A stretch of 63,782 nucleotides of DNA, filler included, from Octopus bimaculoides (lineage: Eukaryota), in NCBI RefSeq assembly GCF_001194135.2. It is 6 parts of 6 records of this genome, joined end to end, with 100 filler letters (N's around TTAATTAATTAA, not from the genome) between each part and the next. Parts side by side here need not be neighbours in the genome. Positions count along the whole stretch, not along the records: positions 1 to 13,328 come from NC_068985.1; positions 13,429 to 23,196 come from NC_068983.1; 4 more parts are not named here. One strand, 5' to 3'. The translations under genes were made by a program, and so were the position numbers. Below, piece by piece: positions 1-13,496 of the stretch (position 1 is its first letter; every line of letters starts with the position of its first letter). The notes under the pieces were generated by a model, which did not search any database, was not told the origin of the DNA, and saw only the letters and a list, made by a program, of their open reading frames with translations.

Positions 1-28
<28 letters not shown>

Positions 29-31
<3 letters not shown>

Positions 32-2145
32 TAGTTTTATTTTTATAACGTGCTTTCACTTCACTACCGAGCGCAGCTCTGTGCGCCTTGGGTATGTGTT
101 GTGGTTTGCTGTGGTGCTCTTATGTTTACTGTATTGAAAGTGTTTTGCGTAGAATGTGTGCAGTACCCAGTAGTGCAATTTTCTGTATGTTATATATATT
201 TGTAAGTCCTGGTGTTTTTGTTATGTATTTGTCTGAATATTTTTTTTATTATACCTAAGGCACCTACTATGATAGGAATTGTTTCTGTTTTTAGATTCCA
301 CATTCGAGTTATCTCTATTTCCAGGTCTTTGTATTTTGAAAGTTTTTCCATTTCTTTTAGAGAAACGTTGTCATCTGCTGGTATTGATTAGAAAGCATGT
401 TTTTCTTCATGATCTTTGACAACTATATCTGGTCTATTTGCCTTAATTTCTCTATCTGTGTGTATTGGCATATCCCAGAGTATGGTTGCTTTCTCGTTTT
501 CTGTGACCTTTTCAGGCGTGTGTTTATACCATCTTTTTTCTGTTGTTATTCCATAGTGTTGGCATAGCTTCCAGTGTATATATGTCCCATTTCTGTCATG
601 CCTGTGAATATATTCCGTCTTAGCCAGGACTGGGCAGCCAGAGATAATATGATTTATTGTTTCTTGTCCATCTCAACATATTCTACAGTTACTTGTTATG
701 TTTATTTTCAAAGGCTTTGGTCTTGTGCAGCAATTAAACATCCTTCAGTCTCTCCTTTGAGTCCTGAGGTTCTCAACCATTGCTGGGATTTTTCTCTGTC
801 TATTTCTTTTGCATTTAGTTTAGCCCAGTATTTACCATGTAGGGGCTTTTCTTGCCATCATTTTATCATGGTCCGTTGCTGTTCTAGTTTTAGTTTGGAT
901 TTCATTTGTTTTATAGCTTTTGTTGTTTCTTCTTCTTCTTCTTCTTCTTCTTCTTCTTCTTCTTCTTCTTCTTCTTCTTCTTCTTCTTCTTCTTNNNNNN
1001 NNNNNNNNNNNNNNNNNNNNNNNNNNNNNNNNNNNNNNNNNNNNNNNNNNNNNNNNNNNNNNNNNNNNNNNNNNNNNNNNNNNNNNNNNNNNNNNNNNNN
1101 NNNNNNNNNNNNNNNNNNNNNNNNNNNNNNNNNNNNNNNNNNNNNNNNNNNNNNNNNNNNNNNNNNNNNNNNNNNNNNNNNNNNNNNNNNNNNNNNNNNN
1201 NNNNNNNNNNNNNNNNNNNNNNNNNNNNNNNNNNNNNNNNNNNNNNNNNNNNNNNNNNNNNNNNNNNNNNNNNNNNNNNNNNNNNNNNNNNNNNNNNNNN
1301 NNNNNNNNNNNNNNNNNNNNNNNNNNNNNNNNNNNNNNNNNNNNNNNNNNNNNNNNNNNNNNNNNNNNNNNNNNNNNNNNNNNNNNNNNNNNNNNNNNNN
1401 NNNNNNNNNNNNNNNNNNNNNNNNNNNNNNNNNNNNNNNNNNNNNNNNNNNNNNNNNNNNNNNNNNNNNNNNNNNNNNNNNNNNNNNNNNNNNNNNNNNN
1501 NNNNNNNNNNNNNNNNNNNNNNNNNNNNNNGTTAAGGATGTTGTAGCTGTAGCTTATTACTGGGACAGCTAAAGTGTTGATACTCATTATCTTGTTTTTA
1601 GCATTGAGCTCTGTTTTTAGTATTGATCTAACTCGTCTATAGTACTCTTTCTTTATTTTTTCTTTCATTTGTGTATGTTGTATCCTATCTAGTTCATTGA
1701 CTCCTAAATACTTGTATGGTTGGCTTTCACCTAGTTCTCTTATTTCATTGGCTTTATCTAGTGTTATATTGCTACTTTTAACTAATTTTCCTCTTTTCAG
1801 GGTTGCTTTGGCACATTTTTCTAATCCGTATTTCATATATATTTCCTTGGTAAAGCCGTGTACTGTCTGTAGTAGTGTTTCTAGCTCTTTGTCGTGTTAA
1901 GCATATAATTTTAGGGCATCCATATATAGAAGGGGGCTGACAGTTTTTCCGTAGCAGTTGTATCCGCATCCAGTTCTATTTAGCAATTCAGTTAAAGGTG
2001 TGAGTGCCAGGCAGAACAGAAGTGGAGAGAGCGTGTCTCCCTGGAATATTCGTCTTCTAATGGGGATGGCTTTCTTTTTCACAAGTCCCTCTTTTGTTTG
2101 GAGCTGTAGCACTGTCTGCCATTTGTTCATTGAGTGCCCTATGTA

Positions 2146-2147
<2 letters not shown>
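29..2147 (-). mobile_element. 5'-truncated, decayed R4/Dong-like non-LTR retrotransposon (RT, CCHC knuckle, restriction-like endonuclease, 3'UTR)
   Basis: Minus-strand motifs in order: IFQGDTLSPLLF (QGDTLSP 2023-2043), LLYMDALKLYA (YMDD mutated to YMDA, 1915-1926), MKYGLEKCAK...YKYLGV...KEYYRRVRSILKTELNAKNK, KPLHGKYW, WLRTSGLKGETEGCLIAAQDQSL, C-R-I-C-*-DGQETINHIISGC, LWDMPIHTDREIKANRPDIVV, IPIIVGALG, IALLGTAHILRKTLSIQ* (stop 126-128), then about 100 bp of UTR and an (AAT)n tail. It has in-frame stops and frameshifts and is interrupted by (GAA)n plus a gap at 930-1530. Confidence 0.92.
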
Positions 2148-2236
<89 letters not shown>

Positions 2237-2266
2237 TGTAGTAGTAGTAGTAGTAGTAGTAGTAGT
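2148..2266. repeat. (TTA)n-(TAG)n array flanking the truncated 5' end of the Dong-like element
   Basis: Directly visible. Confidence 0.95.
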
Positions 2267-4993
2267 ANNNNNNNNNNNNNNNNNNNNNNNNNNNNNNNNN
2301 NNNNNNNNNNNNNNNNNNNNNNNNNNNNNNNNNNNNNNNNNNNNNNNNNNNNNNNNNNNNNNNNNNNNNNNNNNNNNNNNNNNNNNNNNNNNNNNNNNNN
2401 NNNNNNNNNNNNNNNNNNNNNNNNNNNNNNNNNNNNNNNNNNNNNNNNNNNNNNNNNNNNNNNNNNNNNNNNNNNNNNNNNNNNNNNNNNNNNNNNNNNN
2501 NNNNNNNNNNNNNNNNNNNNNNNNNNNNNNNNNNNNNNNNNNNNNNNNNNNNNNNNNNNNNNNNNNNNNNNNNNNNNNNNNNNNNNNNNNNNNNNNNNNA
2601 TATATATATATATATATATTTGTGTGTGTGTGTGTGTGTGTAACATTCTTAATATTTAAAGTGAACGTAATTCAAAACATAACACATATATAAGCATAAA
2701 AACAAATTCCCAATTCAGCGGGTTTAACAGCGCATATCATGGCATCTTTTGTGATTACTTTTACTTGTTCTATATGGAGGAATGGACCCTGAAAACCCTC
2801 GCAGCCCTGCGAGAGTAACGTCGATAAGATGCCTGACTGAATTGAATGAGATTTAGAAGACTGAAGCTCTCTGTTGAAAACATGGGCTTAGAGATTGGTG
2901 CGTGGCCTCTAGTGTGGACACATCAAGTTAATAAACTAGAAGAGAATTGATAATTAAAAGACTGTCTATGTGTTGAGGAGACATGAGCCAAGGCCACACC
3001 AAGGTGCAGAGATCAGGAAACTAACGTAAGAAAAGATCGAAATCCAATACAAAAATCCTGTACTGAGAAAGAGTGAGATTTTGTAATGTAGATATTGAAT
3101 TAATTTGAACGTTGTGTATTACATTTGTTATAAGGATACTGCAAAACAAACTTATTTTTGCCTCTGTGGTTGCTCAACCTGCTTCAATATCATCAAACAT
3201 TTCTTAACTCAGTATTAATCACCTAAAAAATAGAGAAGCTGCAATTATTTAATGCATATACAGGTATAGCATACGTACGAATAAGATGATCAGATTTTCA
3301 GTCACTTTCATCGATCAGGTTTAATATATAACAGATACGCAATTGTAGGTTCCGTCATGGACACTGTGTTCGTTTGACTCTTATAATTACAAAGCACTTG
3401 AATTGGGATGCTAATATATTTTGTTAAAAGAACGAAAATCTTGAGAGATCCACTTATATCGCCTCAACGTTAGATACTTCTTTAAATTTTCTGAAAAATA
3501 TGATGTGTGTTCTTTAATTTCAGATATATATGTATCTAAATCTTTGTTAAATATCCCTGGCAATGTATATTTTAAACTGTCACAAATCGCATAATAAACA
3601 ATATTAATATATCGATTTTAATAAACCGGAATGTATCGCGTATATTACTATAGCGATTTAACGTGAACACCTCATAAGAACAATGTGTTACACTTAGGTA
3701 GCTGTTTCCCATTGCTAGATGTACACGATAATTCAAGATTCACTTTATCATTTAAAATTTTATCTATAATTTGAATATTAAATTATCAGCTATATTTCTT
3801 GTAATAATTCGATATAAACGCTCTTACTATTTCTAGTAGTGTATAATAAACTAATTCAATATAAAAAAAATCTAAATATGCATCTCGTTCAAGGACGTTC
3901 AATAATGCATTCGTATCTTTATGTTAAATCAATAAGTGAAAGAGAGATAAGTAACGAACAGAAAGAGACGCAGCATTGGGCATGATATTTTGTGAATGGG
4001 ATGAAATCAATTAATCCATTCAAACTTTAGAAAACATTTCTAGTCTACACCAAACAGAGTATGCATATTATATTAAAGGTTCTGAATAGATATTATCAAT
4101 GTATTAATTTTAATTTCTCATCAGTGAGATATTAAATATCATTTGTGTATTACTTATATTTTCGAAAACTATTTTCCGCTATTCACGTACCACGAACGCT
4201 ATTTGATATCTTATTAATGTCATACAAAGTACAACAATTAGTCGTATATCGGGAGCCGTATTTTAAAGTTTACCAATTTAAAGAAATGTATAAAATTTAA
4301 ACCTAAAATTTCAACTAATTTTGTAATGATATATGCTTTAACTGATTAATGCTGATCATATTTATTTTGTATCTGATCGTGGATGTTATTTTCATTTATT
4401 TATTTCACAACGATTATGTAATTACTTTTCATGCGAAAGCAATGTGTAAGAGATGTAAGTAATCTCAATGTATCCTCCTCCATTTTATTGAAATTGTTTA
4501 TTTTTTGGTTTGTTTTGCATGTGTAGCAGATTATACAAAGCGCATTTTCAGACAGAAAAAAATGTTTCTATTGAAAGCTGTAATCTTAAGATAAAGAGAC
4601 ACAATTCTTTATCTTCAGCAACTGCAACATTTCTAAAATGCATCGAATAATACGATATAAGAAAGCAGCTAAACGAAAATGTATTTGCCATGAAAGAAAA
4701 AGACATTCCATCATTTAATAGTACTTTACATTGGCAGCAGTATTATTATCAGTGTAATATGTGGAAATTAGCTCAGCTAACAGCATTTTCGCAGTTTCAT
4801 GCAATTTCTATTTTCTCTATTGTTATATAAATGTCTTATTCCTTTTTCTTGAAAGAGGCATCACTAATGTATCATTATATACGTGTATACATTTATACGT
4901 GCACACATACACACGTATGTACATATATACACATATATATATATATATGTATATACATAATTAGATACATGTATATTATGTATATATATATAC

Positions 4994-5025
<32 letters not shown>

Positions 5026-8000
5026 NNNNNNNNNNNNNNNNNNNNNNNNNNNNNNNNNNNNNNNNNNNNNNNNNNNNNNNNNNNNNNNNNNNNNNNNNNN
5101 NNNNNNNNNNNNNNNNNNNNNNNNNNNNNNNNNNNNNNNNNNNNNNNNNNNNNNNACGAATGTAAAACGTAAAAATCGTGACCGTATGCCTGCGTTTGAT
5201 GTGTATGTGAGTGTTCATGCTGCATTGCAATATTGCGTTCTCATTCTTGATACATACATAATGTTGCGTATGCTAAAGTCGAATAATATTGCCGCGAGAA
5301 TCATATGCAACTGAGATATATACAGTTACATTTATACACACCGATATATTCACATAACTATTTTCATTCATTCCTTTAAATATTTTCTTACTTTATATTT
5401 TAGCGCCCGTGTGTGTATATGAGTATTTGTGTGTGTGTGCGTGTGTATGTGTGTATGTGTTAGCAATGTATTTTCTATTCCCCTCTTCTAACTTGCTAAA
5501 TAGACGTTACACTTTAAATGTTAGCCCTTTGGAGAATGATATCGGTTCCTATCTAATTTACTCTTCAAAGTTTCTTGCCACTGTTCTCGCAGATACCCAC
5601 AGCATAATGCAGTTTAACCAGTTCCTTAATATAGTGTCATTTCGAGTCGCGGAACACACTTTGAACCTTCAGTAGACGGGACTCTACATATGAGTTCTAT
5701 CAAAGTTGAATTTGCAGATAACAATTTGCAGACCTTTTACCTCACAATTTATAACGCTGTCACCATATATTATGTGTGTGATAGACTAAAATGCTAACGG
5801 CAGTAATGTTTCTTAACTATTCCTCTTATGAGAAACACTGAAGTTGCCACATCAGTTATAGCAATCGTGTATTAAAATATGGAAGAATGAAATGTGTTGA
5901 GCGGGATGAGCAACGTGCAAACAGAACTATGAATTGGACTTCGATTAACTATAATGGGCCTCTGCTGCGAGGTTTTGAATATTATTATGCAAATTTCCAG
6001 GAGCATATTGCTACAACTTTCTGTGTAAGCAATAGGTCAGATTCAGTTATAAGATTTTATTTACGTCGATGGCCTGCTAGGGCTCTCGACTGTAGATCCA
6101 AAATACAACGATAGACCAAAAATTGTAGATGAAGAAGAAGAGATGATAAAGTTATTGCATAAATAGATCTCGTGGTTTGAATGATTCTGCATTGCGAGAT
6201 TAATGGTCATATACCAGAGAATTTTAGCGAACTCTTTGAAGCCGTTTATGTTTGAAGAACTGGTAATTACCTATCTTGTTCGCAAGGCTGCTGGAAAAGG
6301 ACGCCCAGATTTGTGATGTCATAGCTAAGGTCCAATCTATGATGGGGTTAAATGCAGAGTTTAAACTATTTTGACCAAGGGTTTAGACAAGGGTTAGATC
6401 TTTCTATTGGTAGTTCGGTTATGAAGCACAACAATGCGAGTTTCTCAGTTGGTGCATTTGTAATAATATCCCCATGAAATTACTATTTTTTGCACTAGTA
6501 GTTGTAATAGTAGCAGCAGCAGTAGTAGTAGTAATAGTAGTAGCAGTTGTAGTAGCAGCAGCAGCAGAATCATCATCGTTTTGTTTCTTTTTTTACTGAT
6601 TTTACTGTGCTCTTTATGGTATATTTTTTCATTGTAAAAGCGAAGGCCGAGTTGTATAATCACTGTATTTGCAGATTTTCTCTCTAACTTTTCCCTTCCT
6701 GATGAAACCATATTATTATTCTTGCTGTTCATACCATGCTGTACCGTTTCCCTTATGACTTGTATGTTTATTTTCTGCAGTACCAAGCTTCTCTGTAAAT
6801 ATTTTTCGCAGTGCAAATCACTTGCTGATATTGCCAGAGCCTTTTTCTCTTTCAAATACTCGCATTCTGAATAATATCTGCTCGTAATCTTTTTACTTGA
6901 TATAATATCGCATTAATGCACATTGTCATCAGTTCGTAGCAACAGACATTTAGGAGACATTCCTTTCCCTTAAAGTAATTTTTATTATAAATATCAAGGT
7001 AAATATTCTCAAACAATTTTTGCACATAAATTAGTATTTCTCAGCATGTTTTCAATTTGCATAAATAACAACATATATGGGAAATGTATAATTACTATAT
7101 ATTCTATGCAACACGAAATGAATGTTGTACATTTTCTTTCTAATATAACATCTTAGGTACATTTTAAACTCACCGAGTTAAAATTTGATTTCGCCTTCAA
7201 ACAGGTGGTAAATAAGGCAAGCGCATACAGCATCGGCTCAAAGTAATCTTTAGAGTGTCAGACAGAGTATCATGTCCAGTATCAATTTAGGTTGGTTGTT
7301 TAGGTCCCATTCATTCTCTGCTCATATTTTATGGTGACCAACTGGTGTATAAACTTCAGAACACGCTCGGTTGCACTCTAGAAACTTGTGTTTGGTATCG
7401 TTACCGTTGTTATAACACATATAGCCGAATCCTAATGTTCAAGACATCGTATCCGCCCTCTTCTCTTCGGGCGCTATCAATGGAAAACCAATAAACTGCA
7501 AACCCCTTGACAACGAAAATTTGTTGCGTTTGTGATAACCTAAAATGTATATACATCATTTATTTTGTCTTTTCTCGAGAAATGTTTATTTTACTAACAT
7601 TGTCAAAGCCTTTTCACCAGTGGATTTAACAGGTGTTATCATTCCAAGCATTGTTCTCATAACACATGGGTCTCGTGTGTTTTAATGGAAATTGAATCAA
7701 ACGTACGAATATAGAAAATGGTGTGATATGAAAGAAATAACACGTCTGGGAAGGAATGGATTCCATTGTATCAGTTGATTTTAAAAATAGTGTAGATTTA
7801 GTTTTAAAGGAAATCGTGTTCCAAATCATTACTTGGTCACATTTGCTTTTCAGCAATTGCCGTAACTTCAAATATATATGGGGATTTATTGAAGTAAAAA
7901 TATATTCCATATATATATATATATTATAATATATCAATATAAAATCAATATTTGAACCCCGTTTAAGATAGGTCATACAAGCAATGCTCACTTTCCTAAT

Positions 8001-8669
8001 ATAATAGTTGTTTGTCGTAATTCTGGTTTAAAAAAATGCCTAATGGGACACATCGGAGTGTAATGTTTTAGAACATATCTAATTACATTGAATACCAAGA
8101 TTATATATTTATAGATATTCTGTCTCAGAGCCAAAAGCCAAAACATGCTTACTGATATAAAGACGACTGCACAAATATATTAAGTCAAGCGTAATTGTAC
8201 TTGAAAGTATTTACGAATAACATGCGAGTTTATGAGAAGATAGAAACACTTACATATGCACAAATAGACACAGGAGCGTATTTCTGTACGCACACGTATT
8301 TCCACGAATATATATATATACATAGAAACACGCAGACATGGACACGAGCACATACTTATATATATATATATATATATNNNNNNNNNNNNNNNNNNNNNNN
8401 NNNNNNNNNNNNNNNNNNNNNNNNNNNNNNNNNNNNNNNNNNNNNNNNNNNNNNNNNNNNNNNNNNNNNNNNNNNNNNNNNNNNNNNNNNNNNNNNNNNN
8501 NNNNNNNNNNNNNNNNNNNNNNNNNNNNNNNNNNNNNNNNNNNNNNNNNNNNNNNNNNNNNNNNNNNNNNNNNNNNNNNNNNNNNNNNNNNNNNNNNNNN
8601 NNNNNNNNNNNNNNNNNNNNNNNNNNNNNNNNNNNNNNNNNNNNNNNNNNNNNNNNNNNNNNATATATG

Positions 8670-8701
<32 letters not shown>

Positions 8702-9601
8702 TTTATATATACGAATGTATGTATATAAATATGCATGTATGCATGTATGTATGCATGTAAGTATATATGTATATGCATATATGTGCATGTATATATATAT
8801 ATGTGTGTGTATGGATGGTGAATGTCTATTTGCGTGTGTCTGCGTATATATATATATATAAACATATATGGTTACACGTATTTAAACTCGTACAATGAAA
8901 TGGCGATGCCAAACGTTGTTGCTAGAACGTCATGTAAATATATTTATGCTGCATGATTTGAATGAATAGTTTAGATTGGCTGAACTATTGACCGACAGAG
9001 TTTTACTTCTGATCTAATATTAAGATGTCGTTTGAAAGTCAATCGCTGTTTCTATAGAACGTTATTAAGATCGCATTTTTGAAACGTGATATTGGTCTGT
9101 GGATTACGCCGAGGAACTATGGAATAATTCAAGATGCAGGAGTCATTGATTTCTTGTCTTGAATACTGATCTTTCTTCTTGTTCCNNNNNNNNNNNNNNN
9201 NNNNNNNNNNNNNNNNNNNNNNNNNNNNNNNNNNNNNNNNNNNNNNNNNNNNNNNNNNNNNNNNNNNNNNNNNNNNNNNNNNNNNNNNNNNNNNNNNNNN
9301 NNNNNNNNNNNNNNNNNNNNNNNNNNNNNNNNNNNNNNNNNNNNNNNNNNNNNNNNNNNNNNNNNNNNNNNNNNNNNNNNNNNNNNNNNNNNNNNNNNNN
9401 NNNNNNNNNNNNNNNNNNNNNNNNNNNNNNNNNNNNNNNNNNNNNNNNNNNNNNNNNNNNNNNNNNNNNNNNNNNNNNNNNNNNNNNNNNNNNNNNNNNN
9501 NNNNNNNNNNNNNNNNNNNNNNNNNNNNNNNNNNNNNNNNNNNNNNNNNNNNNNNNNNNNNNNNNNNNNNNNNNNNNNNNNNNNNNNNNNNNNNNNNNNN
9601 N

Positions 9602-9644
<43 letters not shown>

Positions 9645-9992
9645 TAATATATTATATTACTTGCTTGTTTTGTTTTTTTAATTATTTTCTTTTATTAAAA
9701 TGAAACAAAAATAATTCTGGCATTTTAACTCAAATAATATAATGTATTGACTTCGGGTAAATAATACAAAATACAAATCCTGAAACATCATTCAACAAAA
9801 GCTCTGTTGATATAAATGTATACGCCCACTGATACACACTCCTGCACACCTAAATATATCGATGCACATGCACGCACACAAACTCATATATATATATATA
9901 TACGCATGTATAATAATATACTCGTATATTTAGATATCCATTACCCACATGAGGTAAACCTAGAGGGGGAGAACATGGAGAGACAAAGGGTG

Positions 9993-10137
9993 AAGTCGAT
10001 TACATCGGCCGCAGTGCTTAGCTGATACTTATTCATTCGACCCCGAAAGAATAACAGGCAAATTGGAGATCGTAGCGGCAGACGAAATACCGCTAAGCAT
10101 CTTTTCCGGCGTGCTAATGTTACTGCCAGCTAACCGC
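9993..10137 (-). mobile_element. SINE family B, internally deleted copy
   Basis: agtcgattacatcg...gacgaaataccgctaagcat...ggcgtgctaatgttactgccagct. Confidence 0.7.
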
Positions 10138-11770
10138 ATTGGTATATTTAAATATTGGTTTATGTATCATTATATGATAACTTGCATGTAAAGATATATG
10201 AAGCTGAGTAGATCTCAAGTACACAATATTCTTTAACATACCGTTCCACTGAGAAATGCAGAATCTGCATTCTCAGGAGACACAATTAGATCGGTATTTC
10301 ATCCTGTTTTTGCCTCAAAAATGTCTTCTCTGTTGTATTTGTCTCACCTTCTTTGCACAACTAGAAAATTTATCAGGAATGTTTAACGACCATATATGAG
10401 ATTTATATATAGATATTTTCAAGTCTCCTATCGTAAATCCTAGCCATTCTGGCGCAGGTTTCCGGCAGCTAGATGCACCATACTGTGCTTGTCTTTCAAA
10501 AGTGGCCCAAAACACTTTATGAGAATGTCGTCGAATACTTTGTATGTAAATAACGAAACTTCTCAAGCAGTGCTATTTTATACAAGACCTGTTTTGATCT
10601 TTTTTTTTGTGGTATTTTTTACATTTGATATTTGGTCATGTGTGTCTCGATTTCTGTGCAATTTTAGTATTATAAATATTTGCTATTAATTAACTCTCCA
10701 ATTCTGTATTAATTTTAAACAATATTTAATCAGCTGATGTTGAAATTAGATTTATTCCTTGGGAGAAAAAAAAACTAATGTAATGCAGCATCTTAATCCG
10801 GTATGGATTCCAGACGAACAACCGTTCTGCATTTTAATGACTCCTGCTTTCTTGGTTGTAGGTCTCCTGCTTAGTTATTTTATAGATAGTTCATCTGTAT
10901 TAGATTCACATGTTTTCATTGTGAATTCAGGCATGGTACATATATTCTTTGAGTTCTCGACATATTTTACGTGCGATTTTCTAATGTTTACATATTCATA
11001 AAAGAAAATGTGAAGTTATTAGAAAAAGCTATATTGCATATCCTTTTGTTGTCATTTAATTTCTCATGTGTTCCAAAATATTTAAGTTGACATCATTTGA
11101 ATTGTTATTGTTGTCAATTTAATATCAAGTTTACTGTTATCTTGGGTACAATATTTCCTGCTCATAGCAAGTTCTATTAGGTTTAATAATTTATCGGTAT
11201 CATCGACACAATATTGAAAAGTTGCTCTTTAGATGTGCATATCTTTACATCATTTATTTTTAAATTTTCGCTTCGTTTTTTGTTTTAGTCTTTGTTCTGA
11301 TTATATTAATCGATATATCATTATGTTGTTTTTTATGGTGTTTTTTTATTTAAAAATAACTGCTTTACATGTTTCGTTTTTGTGAGATCTATCGCCTTGT
11401 TTATGATTGTAAAGATAATAGTTTGAATGAGTGTTTTTATCATTGTAACCTTTCTAATTTAATTATGTTCCGTGCAAATATTAATTATTTTCTTTTATTT
11501 TACTAGTTTACTACTTCTACTTACAGTGCTACTAAAATGCAGGCGTTGTTCCTTTAATTCTGTAAAAAGAAATGTTTCACATGATATGAACATGTGAAAT
11601 TTACGATTTCCCTAAACTGAGTTATTGATGACTTTATATATCCGAATTTTTAGGCAAATGAATGTTGCCATATATCTTACATTTAATGTAGAATTATAAA
11701 CAGCTCGGCGATTTTAACCAAAAGCATTTAGTGCTAACAAGTAAAATGTGTTAGCACTATGAATAGCAAC

Positions 11771-11987
11771 GAAGGCGGCGAGCTGGCAGAAACGTTAACA
11801 CGCCAGGGGAATCCTTAGCCGTATTTCATCTGTCTTAACGTTCTGAGTTCAAATTCCGCCGAGGTCGACTTTGCCTTACACACTTTCGGAGTCGATAAAT
11901 TAAGTATAACTTGCGTACTGGGGTCAATATAATCGGCCCGCCCACTCCCGAAAATATTTCGGGCATTGTGCCTAGAGTAGAAACGAA
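11771..11987 (+). mobile_element. SINE family B (GGCGGCGAGCTGGCAG head) with a 13-bp target-site duplication
   Basis: Head ggcggcgagctggcagaaacgtta..., B-box-like gagttcaaattcc, body gaggtcgactttgcc. Direct repeat TATGAATAGCAAC at 11758-11770 and 11988-12000. Confidence 0.88.
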
Positions 11988-13024
11988 TATGAATAGCAAC
12001 AGTTTAATTTAGTTCTACAATTTGTATTCTCAGTAATGCACAAGTGCTCTTTTGAATGCACTGAGTGAAGAATGGGTGGTAGATCTTTTAGCCGTGTATA
12101 TCAGTTTGTACAAAAGGAAATCTGCATATACAGATGTATATACAAAAGCGTTTTATCATTTTGCTTGACGTTATAAAGCACACACGGCTAAGTACATCTG
12201 ATATATATCTCTTTTCATGTTAGAAACATGACATATAGTTGTTCAGTTTTAATTAGTTTGATCATAACACCGCCATATTTCTCAGGTTTCTTGTGCGCTG
12301 TAAATATTCTGTCATAGTCTATTCAGATTGTAATGTGTTAGTACAGTGTCATCAAATTTTCTGCATTTCTATGAAACATTGTGCTAGTGTCTCACTCTTC
12401 ATATATAAAGGGTATTTTAGTTATGACGTATTCACAAATCAATTCAGATTTGGTATTTGAATATTCAGCTTAAATATTGATAATGAGTTTTGTTTTTTTT
12501 TCTCATTTGTGTAAATCTATCTGTTAGATCTATTAGAAATATTAATTTCCCCAGGTCAATTTATGAGGTTCTCCAATCAATATTGATTGAGTCGGTAATT
12601 GGAAAAAATTGATTTATGAACTTTCAAATGTCGTATAATTAATCACAAGTTTTCCAGAGTTTGATGCCAGTGTAGGTATAACTTATCGGAGTTTGATTGG
12701 AGAATAGCCTCTTCTATATTCAGTTTTAACTACATTCTTGAACATGGTCAGCATATAATTTGCATAACGCTTCCTTTAAATGATAAACTTCACCATTACG
12801 GATCACAATTTCGTAATAAATTTCCTGGAGATAGCAAAGATTGTGTCTCTGAAGCTCGCCTACATTTAAAAGCTATAATTTAAAGCCATAAAGGTGTAAA
12901 ACCCCTGCAAAGATTTATCAAGCCTGCAATACATAGTGGCCCACTTATTAAGAGCTATAGTGCAGCAGCTCACATTGATACAGAATACATTGCAACAAAG
13001 TCAACGTGATTGATTAACAATAAA

Positions 13025-13150
13025 TGTATACCAGAGGTAGATAATATGCTTTAGTAAAAAGCAGTATACGTATCACAAAAACTGTTGGTCACAGTTTCAC
13101 GTTCCTGTTCGTTGGACAGTAAATTTACGATTATTCCAACACATCTTCAG
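13025..13150 (-). mobile_element. Diverged copy of the 33414-33568 repeat
   Basis: Reverse complement reads ctgaagatgtgttgga...actgtccaacgaacaggaacgtgaaactgtgacc...taaagcatattatctacctctggtatac. Confidence 0.55.
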
Positions 13151-13328
13151 GTTATTCTTCAAAGTATTGTAATCTAATTTTACATCCCTTTCCAAATAAG
13201 TGTTAAATTAAGCATTAAGTTAATAAAAATTTAAAATCAAAAATTAAAATTATACTTCGTAATATTAAGAATTAAAACTTATAAATTATACATAATAAAT
13301 ATGAATTAGTATATATATATATATATAT

Positions 13329-13428
13329 NNNNNNNNNNNNNNNNNNNNNNNNNNNNNNNNNNNNNNNNNNNNTTAATTAATTAANNNNNNNNNNNNNNNN
13401 NNNNNNNNNNNNNNNNNNNNNNNNNNNN
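13329..13428. other. Artificial 100-bp scaffold join (N44-TTAATTAATTAA-N44)
   Basis: Linker 13373-13384 with exactly 44 N on each side. Confidence 0.95.

Positions 13429-13496
<68 letters not shown>

Noticed and set aside
2787-2825. Hammerhead-like CTGAAAA-cc-CTCGCA(gccc)TGCGAG-AGTAACGTC
   Set aside because: Both core words deviate (CUGAAAA; no GAAA) and there is no stem I; at best a dead relic.
10300-12900. Possible very old minus-strand LINE (T-rich + strand; YTGIKLW-like word near 12655-12690)
   Set aside because: Only one weak motif and no ordered RT signature; needs an HMM search.
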